From Balanoglossus misakiensis (taxonomy: Eukaryota > Animalia > Hemichordata), in contig CM082586.2 of the NCBI GenBank assembly GCA_040954595.2, forward strand, positions 9,641,337 to 9,705,336: a DNA stretch of 64,000 nt. Reading direction: 5' to 3'. Shown piece after piece: positions 46,901 through 60,898 of this stretch. Each line of letters opens with the position of its first letter. Positions within the stretch are counted from its first letter, which is position 1. Both the position numbers and the translations under genes were made by a program. Under the pieces are notes generated by a model. That model did not search any database, was not told where the DNA came from, and saw only the letters and a list, made by a program, of their open reading frames with translations.

Positions 46901-47735
46901 GAAATTTTAGAACTATCCGTCGATCTACGGAGTCTAGTGGAAAACTTTCTTATGCGCATAGGCCTATCTATGTGTTCTGCGCATCACAATAGAATTTTGT
47001 AAACAAACGAGGCTTTGTTTGGAAGCAACCATGGAATTTTTAGAACTATCTATCGATCTACAGAGTCTAGTGGAAAACGTTCTTATGCGCATAGGCCTAT
47101 CTATGTGTTCTGCGCATCACAACAGAATTTTGTAAACAAAGGAGGCTGTGTTTGGAAGCAACCATGGAAATGTTCGAACTATCTCTCGATCTACAGAGTC
47201 TAGTGGAAAACTTTCTTTGCACATAGACCTATGTATGTGTTCTGCGCCTCAAAACAGAATTCCGTAAATAAACGAGGCTGTTTGGAAGAAACCATGGAAA
47301 TTTTAGAACTATCTCTCGATCTACAGAATCTAGTGGAAAACTTTATTATGCGCATAAACCTATCTATGTGTTCTGCGCATCACAACATAATTCAATAAAC
47401 AAACGAGGCGGGGTTTGGAAGCAACCATGGAAATTTTAGAAATATCTCTCGATCTACAGAGTCTAGTGGAAAACTTTGTTATGCGCATAGGCCTATCATG
47501 TGTTATGCGCATCACAACAGAATTTTGTAAACAAACGAGGCGGGGTTTGGAAGCAACCATGGAAATTTTCGAACTATCTCTCGATCTACAGAGTCTAGTG
47601 GAAACATTTCTTATGCGCATAGGCCTATTATGTGTTATGCGCCTCACAACAGAAATCGGTAAATAAACGAGGCTGTTTGGAAGCAACCATGGAAATTTTA
47701 TAACTATCTCTCGATCTACAGAGTCTAGTGGAAAA

Positions 47736-48193
47736 CTAATTGATACTGGAGCAAATATTACTGTAGCTCCTATTCGGTTGTTAGAGCTAGTACCCGCTCT
47801 TAAGAATTATCCGATGTTCAAGTCCAGATATAATTGTGTACAACCGGCAAACGAAGACAAATTGAAGGTATTTGGATTGATGAAAATACCTGCTTTTATT
47901 GGGAATAAGCGCGTAAAACTGTATGTTAATTTAGTTGAGTCTCTTCAGCATAATCTGATTTTGGGACTTGATTTTATGAAGCGTTATAGAGCTGTTATTG
48001 ATTTCATGGGTAATATTTTAAGATTACAATCAGACGTACCGTTAAGAACCAATGTTGATGTTAACATTCCACCTGGTGAAAGTACCGTATAAATATCTTA
48101 CTGGAGTTTTAGGTTGTATTTCTGATAAATGAACACGCTTAACCCCGGGTATTTTGGTAGCTAAGCCTATTCGAATAAGAATTTTCTTCCCAT
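47736..48193 (+). pseudogene. Protease fragment copy 6 (LIDTGA, deletion type)
   Basis: Same 104-aa ORF as copy 3. Confidence 0.75.
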
Positions 48194-48825
48194 ACGTGTT
48201 CTGCGCCTCACAACAGAATTCGGTAAATAAACGAGGCTGTTTGGAAGCAACCAAGGAAATGTTAGAACTATCCGTCGATCTACAGAGTCTGGTGGAAAAC
48301 GTTCTTATGCGCATAGGCCTATAATGTGTTCTGCGCCTCACAACTATATTCGGAAATAAACGAGGGTGTTTGGAAGCAACCATGGAAATTTTAGAACTAT
48401 CTCTCGATCTACAGAGTCTATAGTGGAAAACTTTATTATGCGCATAAACCTATCTATGTGTTCTGCGCATCACAACATAATTCAATAAACAAACGAGGCG
48501 GGGTTTGGAAGCAACCATGGAAATTTTAGAAATATCTCTCGATCTACAGAGTCTAGTGGAAAACTTTGTTATGCGCATAGGCCTATCATGTGTTATGCGC
48601 ATCACAACAGAATTTTGTAAACAAACGAGGCGGGGTTTGGAAGCAACCATGGAAATTTTCGAACTATCTCTCGATCTACAGAGTCTAGTGGAAACATTTC
48701 TTATGCGCATAGGCCTATTATGTGTTATGCGCCTCACAACAGAAATCGGTAAATAAACGAGGCTGTTTGGAAGCAACCATGGAAATTTTATAACTATCTC
48801 TCGATCTACAGAGTCTAGTGGAAAA

Positions 48826-49283
48826 CTAATTGATACTGGAGCAAATATTACTGTAGCTCCTATTCGGTTGTTAGAGCTAGTACCCGCTCTTAAGAATTAT
48901 CCGATGTTCAAGTCCAGATATAATTGTGTACAACCGGCAAACGAAGACAAATTGAAGGTATTTGGATTGATGAAAATACCTGCTTTTATTGGGAATAAGC
49001 GCGTAAAACTGTATGTTAATTTAGTTGAGTCTCTTCAGCATAATCTGATTTTGGGACTTGATTTTATGAAGCGTTATAGAGCTGTTATTGATTTCATGGG
49101 TAATATTTTAAGATTACAATCAGACGTACCGTTAAGAACCAATGTTGATGTTAACATTCCACCTGGTGAAAGTACCGTATAAATATCTTACTGGAGTTTT
49201 AGGTTGTATTTCTGATAAATGAACACGCTTAACCCCGGGTATTTTGGTAGCTAAGCCTATTCGAATAAGAATTTTCTTCCCAT
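48826..49283 (+). pseudogene. Protease fragment copy 7 (LIDTGA, deletion type)
   Basis: Copy 6 shifted by 1090 bp. Confidence 0.75.
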
Positions 49284-52200
49284 ACGTGTTCTGCGCCTCA
49301 CAACAGAATTCGGTAAATAAACGAGGCTGTTTGGAAGCAACCAAGGAAATGTTAGAACTATCCGTCGATCTACAGAGTCTGGTGGAAAACGTTCTTATGC
49401 GCATAGGCCTATAATGTGTTCTGCGCCTCACAACTATATTCGGAAATAAACGAGGGTGTTTGGAAGCAACCATGGAAATTTTAGAACTATCTCTCGATCT
49501 ACAGAGTCTATAGTGGAAAACTTTCTTATGCACATATGCCTATCTATGTGTTCTGTGCCTCAAAACAGAATTCCGTAAATAAACGAGGCTGTTTGGAAGC
49601 AAACATGGAAATTTTAGAACTATCTCTCGATCTACAGAGTATAGTGGAAAACGTTCATATGCGCATAGGCATATGTATGTGTTCTACGCATCACAACAGA
49701 ATTCGGTAAATAAACGAGGCTGTTTGGAAACAACCATGGAAATTTTAGAACTATCCGTTGATCTAAAGTTGAAAAGTTTCTTATGCGCATAGGCCTATCT
49801 ATGTGTTCTGCGCCTCCCAACAGAATTCCGTAAATACACGAGGCTGTGTTTGGAAGCAACCATGGAAATTTTAGAACTATCCGTCGATCTACAGAGTCTA
49901 GTGGAAAACGTTCTTATGCGCATAGGCCTATCTATGTGTTCTGCGCATCAAAACAGAATTTTGTAAAAAAACGAGGATGTGTTTGGAAGCAACCATGGAA
50001 ATTTAAGAACTATCCTCGATCTACAGAGTATAGTGGAAAACGTTCATATGCGCATAGGCCTATCTATGTGTTCTGCGCATCACAACAGAATTTTGTAAAC
50101 AAACGAGGCTTTGTTTGGAAGCAACCATGGAAATTTTAGAACTATCCGTTGATCTAAAGTTGAAAAGTTTCTTATGCGCATAGGCCTATCTATGTGTTCA
50201 GCGCATCACAACAGAATTGTGTAAATAAACGAGGCTGTGTTTGGAAACAACCCTGGAAATTTTAGAACTATCTCTCGATCTACAGTGACTAGTGGAAAAC
50301 TTGCTTATGCACATAGGCCTATCTATATGTTCTGCGCATCACAACAGAATTCGGTAAATAAACGAGGCTGTATTTGGAAGCAACCATGGAAATTTTAGAA
50401 CTATCCGTCGATCTACAGAGTCTAATGGAAAACGTTCTTACGCACATAGGCCTATCTAAGTGTTATGCGCATCACAACAGAATTTTATAAACAAACGAGG
50501 CTTTGTTTGGAAGCAACCATGGACATTTTAGAACTATCCGTCGATCTACAGTGGAAAACTATCTTATGCGCATTGCCCTATCTATGTATTCTGCTCATCA
50601 CAACATAATTTTGTAAACAAAAAAGGGTGTGTTTGGAAGCAACCATTGAAATTTTAAAACTATCTCTTGATTTACAGAGTCTAGTGGAAAACTTTCTTTG
50701 CACATAGACCTATGTATGTGTTCTGCGCCTCAAAACAGAATTCCGTAAATAAACGAGGCTGTTTGGAAGAAACCATGGAAATTTTAGAACTATCTCTCGA
50801 TCTACAGAATCTAGTGGAAAACTTTATTATGCGCATAAACCTATCTATGTGTTCTGCGCATCACAACATAATTCAGTTAACAAACGATGCGGGGTTTGGA
50901 AGCAACCATGGAAATTTTAGAAATATCTCTCGATCTACAGAGTCTAGTGGAAAACTTTGTTATGCGCATAGGCCTATCATGTGTTATGCGCATCACAACA
51001 GAATTTTGTAAACAAACGAGGCGGGGTTTGGAAGTAACCATGGAAATTTTAGAACTATCTCTCGATCTACAGAGTCTAGTGGAAAACATTCTTATGCGCA
51101 AAGGCCTATCTATGTGTTCTGCGCCTCAAAACAGAATTCCGTAAATAAACGAGGCTGTTTGGAAGCAAACATGGAAATTTTACAGCTATCCGTCGATCTA
51201 CAGAGTCTAGTGGAAAACGTTCTTATGCGCATAGGCCTATATATGTGTTCTGCGCATCACAACAGAATTCGGTAAACAAACGAGGCGGGGTTTGGAAGCA
51301 ACCATGGGAATTTTAGAACTATCCGTCGATCTACAGAGTATAGTGGAAAACGTTCTTATGCGCATAGGCCTATCATGTGTTATGCGCATCACAACAGAAT
51401 TTTGTAAACAAACGAGGCGGGGTTTGGAAGCAACCATGGAAATTTGAGAACTATCCGTCGATCTACAGAGTCTAGTAGAAAACGTTCTTATGCGCATAGG
51501 CCTATCATGTGTTATGCGCATCACAACAGAATTTTGTAAACAAACGAGGCTTTGTTTGGAAGCAACCATGGAAATTTTAGAAATATCTCTCGATCTACAG
51601 AGTCTAGTGGAAAACTTTGTTATGCGCATAGGCCTATCATGTGTTATGCGCATCACAACAGAATTTTGTAAACAAACGAGGCGGGGTTTGGAAGCAACCA
51701 TGGAAATTTTAGAACTATCTCTCGATCTACAGAGTCTAGTGGAAAACATTCTTATGCGCAAAGGCCTATCTATGTGTTCTGCGCCTCAAAACAGAATTCC
51801 GTAAATAAACGGGGCTGTTTGGAAGCAAACATGGAAATTCTAGAACTATCTCTCGATCTACAGAGTATAGTGGAAAACGTTCATATGCGCATAGGCTTAT
51901 CATGTGTTATGCACATCACAACAGAATTTTGTAAACAAACGAGGCTTTGTTTGGAAGCAACAATGGAAATTTTAGAACTATCCGTCGATCTACGGAGTCT
52001 AGTGGAAAACTTTCTTATGCGCATAGGCCTATCTATGTGTTCTGCGCATCACAACAGAATTTGGTAAACAAACGAGGCTTTGTTTGGAAGCAACCATGGA
52101 ATTTTTAGAACTATCTATCGATCTACAGAGTCTAGTGGAAAACGTTCTTATGCGCATAGGCCTATCTATGTGTTCTGCGCATCACAACAGAATTTTGTAA

Positions 52201-52405
52201 ACAAAGGAGGCTGTGTTTGGAAGCAACCATGGAAATTTTCGAACTATCTCTCGATCTACAGAGTCTAGTGGAAACATTTCTTATGCGCATAGGCCTATTA
52301 TGTGTTATGCGCCTCACAACAGAAATCGGTAAATAAACGAGGCTGTTTGGAAGCAACCATGGAAATTTTATAACTATCTCTCGATCTACAGAGTCTAGTG
52401 GAAAA

Positions 52406-52863
52406 CTAATTGATACTGGAGCAAATATTACTGTAGCTCCTATTCGGTTGTTAGAGCTAGTACCCGCTCTTAAGAATTATCCGATGTTCAAGTCCAGATA
52501 TAATTGTGTACAACCGGCAAACGAAGACAAATTGAAGGTATTTGGATTGATGAAAATACCTGCTTTTATTGGGAATAAGCGCGTAAAACTGTATGTTAAT
52601 TTAGTTGAGTCTCTTCAGCATAATCTGATTTTGGGACTTGATTTTATGAAGCGTTATAGAGCTGTTATTGATTTCATGGGTAATATTTTAAGATTACAAT
52701 CAGACGTACCGTTAAGAACCAATGTTGATGTTAACATTCCACCTGGTGAAAGTACCGTATAAATATCTTACTGGAGTTTTAGGTTGTATTTCTGATAAAT
52801 GAACACGCTTAACCCCGGGTATTTTGGTAGCTAAGCCTATTCGAATAAGAATTTTCTTCCCAT
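52406..52863 (+). pseudogene. Protease fragment copy 8 (LIDTGA, deletion type)
   Basis: Copy 7 shifted by 3580 bp. Confidence 0.75.
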
Positions 52864-55313
52864 ACGTGTTCTGCGCCTCACAACAGAATTCGGTAAATAA
52901 ACGAGGCTGTTTGGAAGCAACCAAGGAAATGTTAGAACTATCCGTCGATCTACAGAGTCTGGTGGAAAACGTTCTTATGCGCATAGGCCTATAATGTGTT
53001 CTGCGCCTCACAACTATATTCGGAAATAAACGAGGGTGTTTGGAAGCAACCATGGAAATTTTAGAACTATCTCTCGATCTACAGAGTCTATAGTGGAAAA
53101 CTTTCTTATGCACATATGCCTATCTATGTGTTCTGTGCCTCAAAACAGAATTCCGTAAATAAACGAGGCTGTTTGGAAGCAAACATGGAAATTTTAGAAC
53201 TATCTCTCGATCTACAGAGTATAGTGGAAAACGTTCATATGCGCATAGGCATATGTATGTGTTCTACGCATCACAACAGAATTCGGTAAATAAACGAGGC
53301 TGTTTGGAAACAACCATGGAAATTTTAGAACTATCCGTTGATCTAAAGTTGAAAAGTTTCTTATGCGCATAGGCCTATCTATGTGTTCTGCGCCTCCCAA
53401 CAGAATTCCGTAAATACACGAGGCTGTGTTTGGAAGCAACCATGGAAATTTTAGAACTATCCGTCGATCTACAGAGTCTAGTGGAAAACGTTCTTATGCG
53501 CATAGGCCTATCTATGTGTTCTGCGCATCACAACAGAATTTTGTAAACAAACGAGGCTTTGTTTGGAAGCAACCATGGAAATTTTAGAACTATCCGTTGA
53601 TCTAAAGTTGAAAAGTTTCTTATGCGCATAGGCCTATCTATGTGTTCAGCGCATCACAACAGAATTGTGTAAATAAACGAGGCTGTGTTTGGAAACAACC
53701 CTGGAAATTTTAGAACTATCTCTCGATCTACAGTGACTAGTGGAAAACTTGCTTATGCACATAGGCCTATCTATATGTTCTGCGCATCACAACAGAATTC
53801 GGTAAATAAACGAGGCTGTATTTGGAAGCAACCATGGAAATTTTAGAACTATCCGTCGATCTACAGAGTCTAATGGAAAACGTTCTTACGCACATAGGCC
53901 TATCTAAGTGTTATGCGCATCACAACAGAATTTTATAAACAAACGAGGCTTTGTTTGGAAGCAACCATGGACATTTTAGAACTATCCGTCGATCTACAGT
54001 GGAAAACTATCTTATGCGCATTGCCCTATCTATGTATTCTGCTCATCACAACATAATTTTGTAAACAAAAAAGGGTGTGTTTGGAAGCAACCATTGAAAT
54101 TTTAAAACTATCTCTTGATTTACAGAGTCTAGTGGAAAACTTTCTTTGCACATAGACCTATGTATGTGTTCTGCGCCTCAAAACAGAATTCCGTAAATAA
54201 ACGAGGCTGTTTGGAAGAAACCATGGAAATTTTAGAACTATCTCTCGATCTACAGAATCTAGTGGAAAACTTTATTATGCGCATAAACCTATCTATGTGT
54301 TCTGCGCATCACAACATAATTCAGTAAACAAACGAGGCGGGGTTTGGAAGCAACCATGGAAATTTTAGAAATATCTCTCGATCTACAGAGTCTAGTGGAA
54401 AACTTTGTTATGCGCATAGGCCTATCATGTGTTATGCGCATCACAACAGAATTTTGTAAACAAACGAGGCGGGGTTTGGAAGTAACCATGGAAATTTTAG
54501 AACTATCTCTCGATCTACAGAGTCTAGTGGAAAACATTCTTATGCGCAAAGGCCTATCTATGTGTTCTGCGCCTCAAAACAGAATTCCGTAAATAAACGA
54601 GGCTGTTTGGAAGCAAACATGGAAATTTTACAGCTATCCGTCGATCTACAGAGTCTAGTGGAAAACGTTCTTATGCGCATAGGCCTATATATGTGTTCTG
54701 CGCATCACAACAGAATTCGGTAAACAAACGAGGCGGGGTTTGGAAGCAACCATGGGAATTTTAGAACTATCCGTCGATCTACAGAGTATAGTGGAAAACG
54801 TTCTTATTCGCATAGGCCTATCATGTGTTATGCGCATCACAACAGAATTTTGTAAACAAACGAGGCGGGGTTTGGAAGCAACCATGGAAATTTGAGAACT
54901 ATCCGTCGATCTACAGAGTCTAGTAGAAAACTTTCTTATGCGCATAGGCCTATCATGTGTTATGCGCATCACAACAGAATTTTGTAAACAAACGAGGCTT
55001 TGTTTGGAAGCAACCATGGAAATGTTAGAACTATCTCTCGATCTACAGAGTCTAGTGGAAAACTTACTTATGCACATAGGCCTATGTATGTGTTCTGCGC
55101 CTCAAAACAGAATTCTGTAAATAAACGAGGCTGTTTGGAAGCAACCATGGAAATTTTAGAACTATCCGTCGATCTACAGAGTCTAGTGGAAAACTTTCTT
55201 ATGCACATAGGCATATCTATGTGTTCTGTGCCTCACAACAGAATTTAGTAAATAAACGAGGCTGTTTGGAAGCAACCATGGAAATTTTAGTTAGGAAAGG
55301 ATTTAAACGCTTA

Positions 55314-56457
55314 GGGACCTTTAATTTTTTTCGGCTTGGGGGGGGGGCAAGTTTGTGTCATGGGTTTTCAAAATCAGGCCGACTCCCCCTTCACCCAGGA
55401 CCAAAAAATGATGACCCCCCCCCCCCTTTGACAAGCCAAAAAATATGATGATCCCTCCCCGCGCCGACAACATTTGCCGTCCTGGTCCACACCTCAATTA
55501 TACATTTCTTAAAGTAATTGAAGTTTATAATAGTATATCGCTGCAAAAAAGAATGAATACTGAATAAATTAAAATGACAAGTCAATACAATAGTTGGTAG
55601 GATTGGTAAAACAAGAAAAGTGGCAGGGGTGGGTGTGGCAGGGGTTGTCCCCCTCCCAGATAAGAACATTTTGAAAAATAACGGGCTGAAAGTTGCATTT
55701 TAATGAACTCAAAAGCAAATTAAAGGGACAAAGTCTCTCTCTCGCTGCCCTTTTTCCATGAATTATGTTTGATACAAGACACTGTTTATGTTATTCTACA
55801 TGTGGTTATATTGTGAATTGATGTTTGACCACATACAACTGCCATCCTGTTTGTAGGATATGAGAGTAAAAATGTTGCCAAAATGAATAAATGGTAAACA
55901 CTGATTATTCATTTTGGCAAGTTTTTCACTCTTGTGTCTACAAGTTGGATGGAAGTTGTGTGTGGTTGAACGTTGATCACTTTGTGTCCACAATGTAGAA
56001 TAACATAAAGGTGTCTTGTATCAAACATAACCAATTGAATAAAGGGCAACGAGAGAGAGACTTTGTCCCTTTAACTCAATATTGGGGAGGACCAATTTGA
56101 CTTTTGCCACTCCACTCAAAGTACGCATCGGTGTGGTGGGGTGGCAAGTAGTCTGCCCTTGTACACTAGACAAACCAGGCAATAAATGAAATGTGGCGAA
56201 GAATGGAGGGGTGGGTGTGGGATGGGGTGTCCCCCTCCCACATTAGAAAATCTTGTAAAATAAAGGGCGCGAAACTGCAATTTTGTGGACTCAAAAGCAA
56301 AAGTTTTGTGGCAAAAGTATGTGACCCCCCCCCCTAAACGGTTTTAAAAAAAAGATTACCCCACTTTCGGACTTCAAAATTTAAGTGACCCCCCCCCCCC
56401 CCTTGGATTTTGCCACCCCCCCCCCCCCAGCCGTAAAAACTGGTCATGAATGGTCCC
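55314..56457 (+). mobile_element. PIF/Harbinger-like MITE, same family as 10912-18387
   Basis: TTA target duplication (55311-55313 and 56458-56460), GGGACC...GGTCCC termini, internal sequence colinear with copy 1. Confidence 0.85.
55724..56070 (+). mobile_element. Kolobok-like MITE nested in the Harbinger-like MITE
   Basis: TTAA duplication (55720-55723 and 56071-56074); TIR AGGGACAAAGTCTCTCTCTCG; the empty site CAAAAGCAAATTAACTCAA is visible in reverse at ~59486-59504. Confidence 0.85.
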
Positions 56458-57974
56458 TTAGCCATAAACGCGCCTTCCAGTAATAAATTTGAAGAATAAG
56501 AGATCCTCTCCGTAGATAGGCCTTATTGGGGGTCAAAACTACCGAAAGAAGACCCTGCCCTAACTCCCCTTTTAAACCAACTAATTCACACCGGGTTAGT
56601 TTTATTACTTTCATATTTGAATGCAAATTAAAATGCCGCAGGAAATTCTGCTGGCGTCCTTAGGATACGAGATCGGGAAATTTCAAAAGTTCCGCAGAAT
56701 ATACCCCAAGAGGGCGCTGTTGCTGACCTTCGACCCGTTGCCTTTGACCCGTTCAGTGTCTTTGTTGTAAACACATGTGTGACATGCAGGCTAGCGAATC
56801 TGTCAGTTTTTTCTGTCGTCAACTCCAATGTCGCCTTTTCTATGGACGTTACTTGGCCAGTGTTCGTTACACATCCAGGACGGTGTCATATTTCTCTGAA
56901 AGAAAAGCGGAAAACATGCGAAGCCAAGGAGCGAGCAACCAGCTGTTTTCTGCAAGTCATGGGTTCAGGCCCCCCCCCCACACTGTCCACCATCACTATT
57001 CCTATATACAGATTTGGCGGCGTGAGTATTGAAACATTACAGTATTTAGTGTGTTTTAAGATATCACAGATCGTTTTCACGACTTAATGTGTGGGTTGAA
57101 TCACATTCGTCGAAATAACACTGCTGTAGTCCCCTGATGAAGTCCGTAAACAAGGTAAGCTTGAGACATGGACGATCGACAATCAATTTCCGCTGTTGAT
57201 TTCGCCCTATCGCAACTCAGTAACTGGGGCCGAGTGATGCTCCATACATTAAAGTTCATGACTATTGACACCAATTGCAAAATATCAATGTTAAGGCGTG
57301 CTTTCAGAGAATATTCAACCAGAAAACCGACAACAATTGATGACCTCGTGTGACCTTTACTGGTTGAATCAGGCGACCACTGCAATGTGATTCCAACGTT
57401 TGTGGGAAGACCACAGGGAGCTCTTCCTCCTGCTTTGCAGTGTGTGTTTGTTTAATATAATAATGTGTGACAAAAATAGGTATGTTTACAAATATGGTCA
57501 TGATTGTTTGTTTGTTGAGAGGTTAAGGGGATTAACCCTTTCTGTGGAATATACCCACAAAGGTGAACAAATTTATAAAAAAAAACATATTTTTCACAGA
57601 GTTGTTTTATTATATCCGCATTGCATCCAGCATGATCGCAGAAAACATCACCAATAATCCAAAATTGGAGTTGATGGCTTTATTTGGGACTATCATTATT
57701 TGGTTATAGTCCATGGGCCAGCGACCGACAAACTCCCCCCCCCCCCCCCCCCCCCCCACCCGGCACCCAAGGAGTTTTTTTGCAGACATATATTTGGGAA
57801 AGCCTGTTTATCCAGCTGTCAGAATGAGGTTGTTTGCACTCAAATTAATGATTGGTGTGGCTGTGAGGAGCGGTTGTCATAGTAATGATAGCATAATTTT
57901 AGGGGTATTCATAAAGTTAAAAAATAAAATATTTCAGGATCTGAGAAAGCTAGAGATAAAATTCAAACATTCAG

Positions 57975-60898
57975 TATGGGGGCCCGTTCTGGTCAAAATT
58001 GTAGTTTATTAATAAAACGTGTTAGAATTAATTTTATAGAGCCTGGAATTAATTTTACCAGTATATAGAATTATTTTTTATGTGCTTTAATTATTTTTTG
58101 TTGTCATGCAGAATTAATTTTATGTGTTCTAAATAATTATTTTAGCTTATCTTTGTTAGAAATAATTTTGCCAACATCTCAAATTTTTTTTACGTGTAGA
58201 CTCGAATTAATTTCAGGTGTAGTGTCGAATTAATATCACGTGTTTGGTCGAATTAATTTCAAGTGTTGTGTCGAATTAATTTTACGTTGTGTCGAATTAA
58301 TATTGCCCCCACAATCCTTTGCGCGTAAATCAAGATGGCGGCGGCTGAGCATGTCTTTCTCGCTGCATAAAGTTCAAAAATGCGCCGTTGTACAAGTTGT
58401 GAGACGTTTTGGGGTGATTTGCTGTCCAATATAAATGCAGTGTGCTCGATAACGGCGATCAGACAGAATTTTCTAGTCAAACCACTCAAAACCACTACCA
58501 GTTGGTGTAATCGCCTGCCTTGCTATGGTCTATAGCCCAGCTCTGCGTACAGTGTTCTTGGCGTGGAGGCCGTGACATGGCGGGAACACACAGACATGTA
58601 CGCAGAGCTAGCTGTTGTCCCGCGTTGCCAGTTCGCCTCGATTGAATAAATTTTGACATCTGAACATACGAAAATTGTGTTAATTTGTAATTTTCAGAAC
58701 TAAGAAATAGCTGTAGGGCCCAGATCGCGGGAAACGGCGAATAAAATATTCCTTAATATTTCCTTGTAAACTCAAGTTTTGTATAAATAAATTTGAATTA
58801 AAAGTCTCTCTCTACATAACCATATTTAATTGGAAATTGGATAGCTTGCATTCTAGATTTACAACTGATAAGATAGGGTGTGGGGCATAGACAGTAGAAG
58901 GGTTGACCCCGAAGTCTCCACCTCCTGTAGGCTGCATTCACAAACACCTCTGGAGGGGGGGGGGGGGGAATTCAATTATTTTTTGTAGTCATGCAGATTT
59001 AATTTTATGTGTTCTAAATAATTATTTTAGCTTATCTTTATCTTTATCAACATATCGAATTATTTTTACGTGTAGACTCGAATTAATTATAGGTGTAGTG
59101 TCGAATTAATATCACGTGTTTAGTCGAATTAATTTCACGTTGTGTCGAATAAATATTGCCCCCACAATCCTGTGCGCGTAAATCAAGATGGCGGCGGCTG
59201 AGCATGTCTTTCTCGCCGCATAAGTTCGAAAAGGGGCCATTGTACAAGTTGTGAGACGTTTTGGGGCGGTTTGCTGTCCAATATAAATGCAGTGTGCTCG
59301 ATAACGGATAATGCAGTTTCGCGCCCTTTATTTTACAAAATTTTCTAATACCCACCCCCTCCATTCATCAACACCTTTCAATCATTGACTGGTTTATCTA
59401 GTGTCCCAGGTCAGGGGACTTGCCCCAACCTCATGATAACTTTGAGCGGCGACGGTTAAATTTGTCCTCCCCAACATACCGGTAGTTGAGTTAATTTGCT
59501 TTTGCCGGGTTCATTAAAATGCAGCTTTGAGCTCTGGATTTTATAAAATTTTCTTACGTGGGAGGGGGAAACCCCTCCCAAACCCACCCCCTTCAATTCT
59601 CGGTTTACAATGTCTCCCAACACAGAATACAAATACTTAAAAATAAAAACAATGTTCAGTTTTAATACCCACTGTTGAGGGGAAACATCAGTTTAAAAAT
59701 CTTTTCATCGGAGCGCTGTTTTTCTTTTTTTTACAAGATAGATAGGTGATGTGTTTTGCTCTGTGAAAGAAAATGGAGGGGGGGGGTGTTCAAAATTTTG
59801 GCAGTTCGGAAGGGGGATTTGAAAATATTTCGGGTTCACGGTTGTGCACGGGGGGCATGTGAAAATTAGCGGTAAAAAAATTGAATTCCCCCCCCTCCAG
59901 AGGTGTTTGTGAATGCAGCCTACAGGAGGTGGAGACTTCGGGGTCAACCCCTCTACTGTCTATGCCCCACACCCTATCTTATCAGTTGTAAATCTAGAAT
60001 GCAAGCTATCCAATTTCCAATTAAATATGGTTATGTAGAAGAGAGAGACTTTTAATTCAAATTTATTTATACAAAACTTGAGTTTACAAGGAAATATTAA
60101 GGAATATTTTATTTGCCGTTTCCCGCGATCTGGGCCCTACAGCTATTTCTTAGTTCTGAAAATAACAAATTAACACAATTTTCGTATGTTCAGATGTCAA
60201 AATTTATTCAATCGAGACGAACTGGCAACGCGGGACAACAGCTAGCTCTGCGTACATGTCTGTGTGTTCCCGCCATGTCACGGCCTCCACGCCAAGAACA
60301 CTGTACGCAGAGCTGGGCTATACCATACATGTAGCAAGGCTGGCGATTACACCAACTGATAGTGGTTTTGAGTGGTTTGACTAGAAAATTCTGTCTGTAG
60401 ACCAAAACTCGTGCACCGATCGCCGTTATCGAGCACACTGTATTTATATTGGACAGCAAATCGCCCCAAAACGTCTCACAACTTGTACAACGGCCCCTTT
60501 TTGAACTTTATGCAGCGAGAAATACGTGCTCAGCTGCCGCCATCTTGATTTACGCGCAAAGGATTGCGGGGGCAATATTAATTCGACACAACGTAAAATT
60601 AATTTGACACAACACGTGAAATTAATTCGACCAAACACGTGATATTAATTCGACACTACACCTGAAATTAATTTGAGTCTACACGTAAAAATAATTTGAG
60701 ATGTTGGCAAAATTAAACAAAGATAAGCTAAAATAATTATTTAGAACACATAAAATTAATTCTGCATGACAACAAAAAATAATTAAAGCACATAAAAAAT
60801 AATTATATATACTGGTAAAATTAATTCCAGGCTCTATAAAATTAATTCTAACACGTTTTATTAATAAACCACAATTTTGACCAGAACGGGCCCCCATA
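57975..60898. mobile_element. Foldback-like element with ~1-kb inverted arms and TATGG...CCATA termini (IS3EU-like)
   Basis: Arms 57975-~58976 and ~59878-60898; flanks ATTCAG / GTTCAG (5 of 6 match); GTGTCGAATTAAT subrepeats in the arms. Confidence 0.6.
59307..59920 (-). mobile_element. Inverted partial MITE related to the Harbinger-like family
   Basis: Reverse complement contains AGAAAATTTTGTAAAATAAAGGGCGCGAAACTGCA and the GGGAGGG..CCCCCTCCCAC hairpin seen in the other copies. Confidence 0.6.

Larger units (their letters stand above)
34773..55290. repeat. Satellite DNA array, ~130-132-bp monomer (roughly 125-130 units) with higher-order repeats
   Basis: Monomer ~GGCCTATCTATGTGTTCTGCGCCTCACAACAGAATTCGGTAAATAAACGAGGCTGTTTGGAAGCAACCATGGAAATTTTAGAACTATCCGTCGATCTACAGAGTCTAGTGGAAAACTTTCTTATGCGCATA repeated head-to-tail. 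Confidence 0.97.

Noticed and set aside
34773-55290. CRISPR array or repeat-spacer system
   Set aside because: Whole monomers repeat with no unique spacers, the inserts are all the same sequence, there are no cas genes, and the context is eukaryotic
35156-55448. Many 60-220 aa ORFs within the satellite
   Set aside because: They are translations of the monomer in different frames and are broken by 130/131/132-bp length variation
56460-57900. Possible host exon or promoter in a CpG-containing stretch
   Set aside because: No consistent frame, splice pattern or recognisable motif
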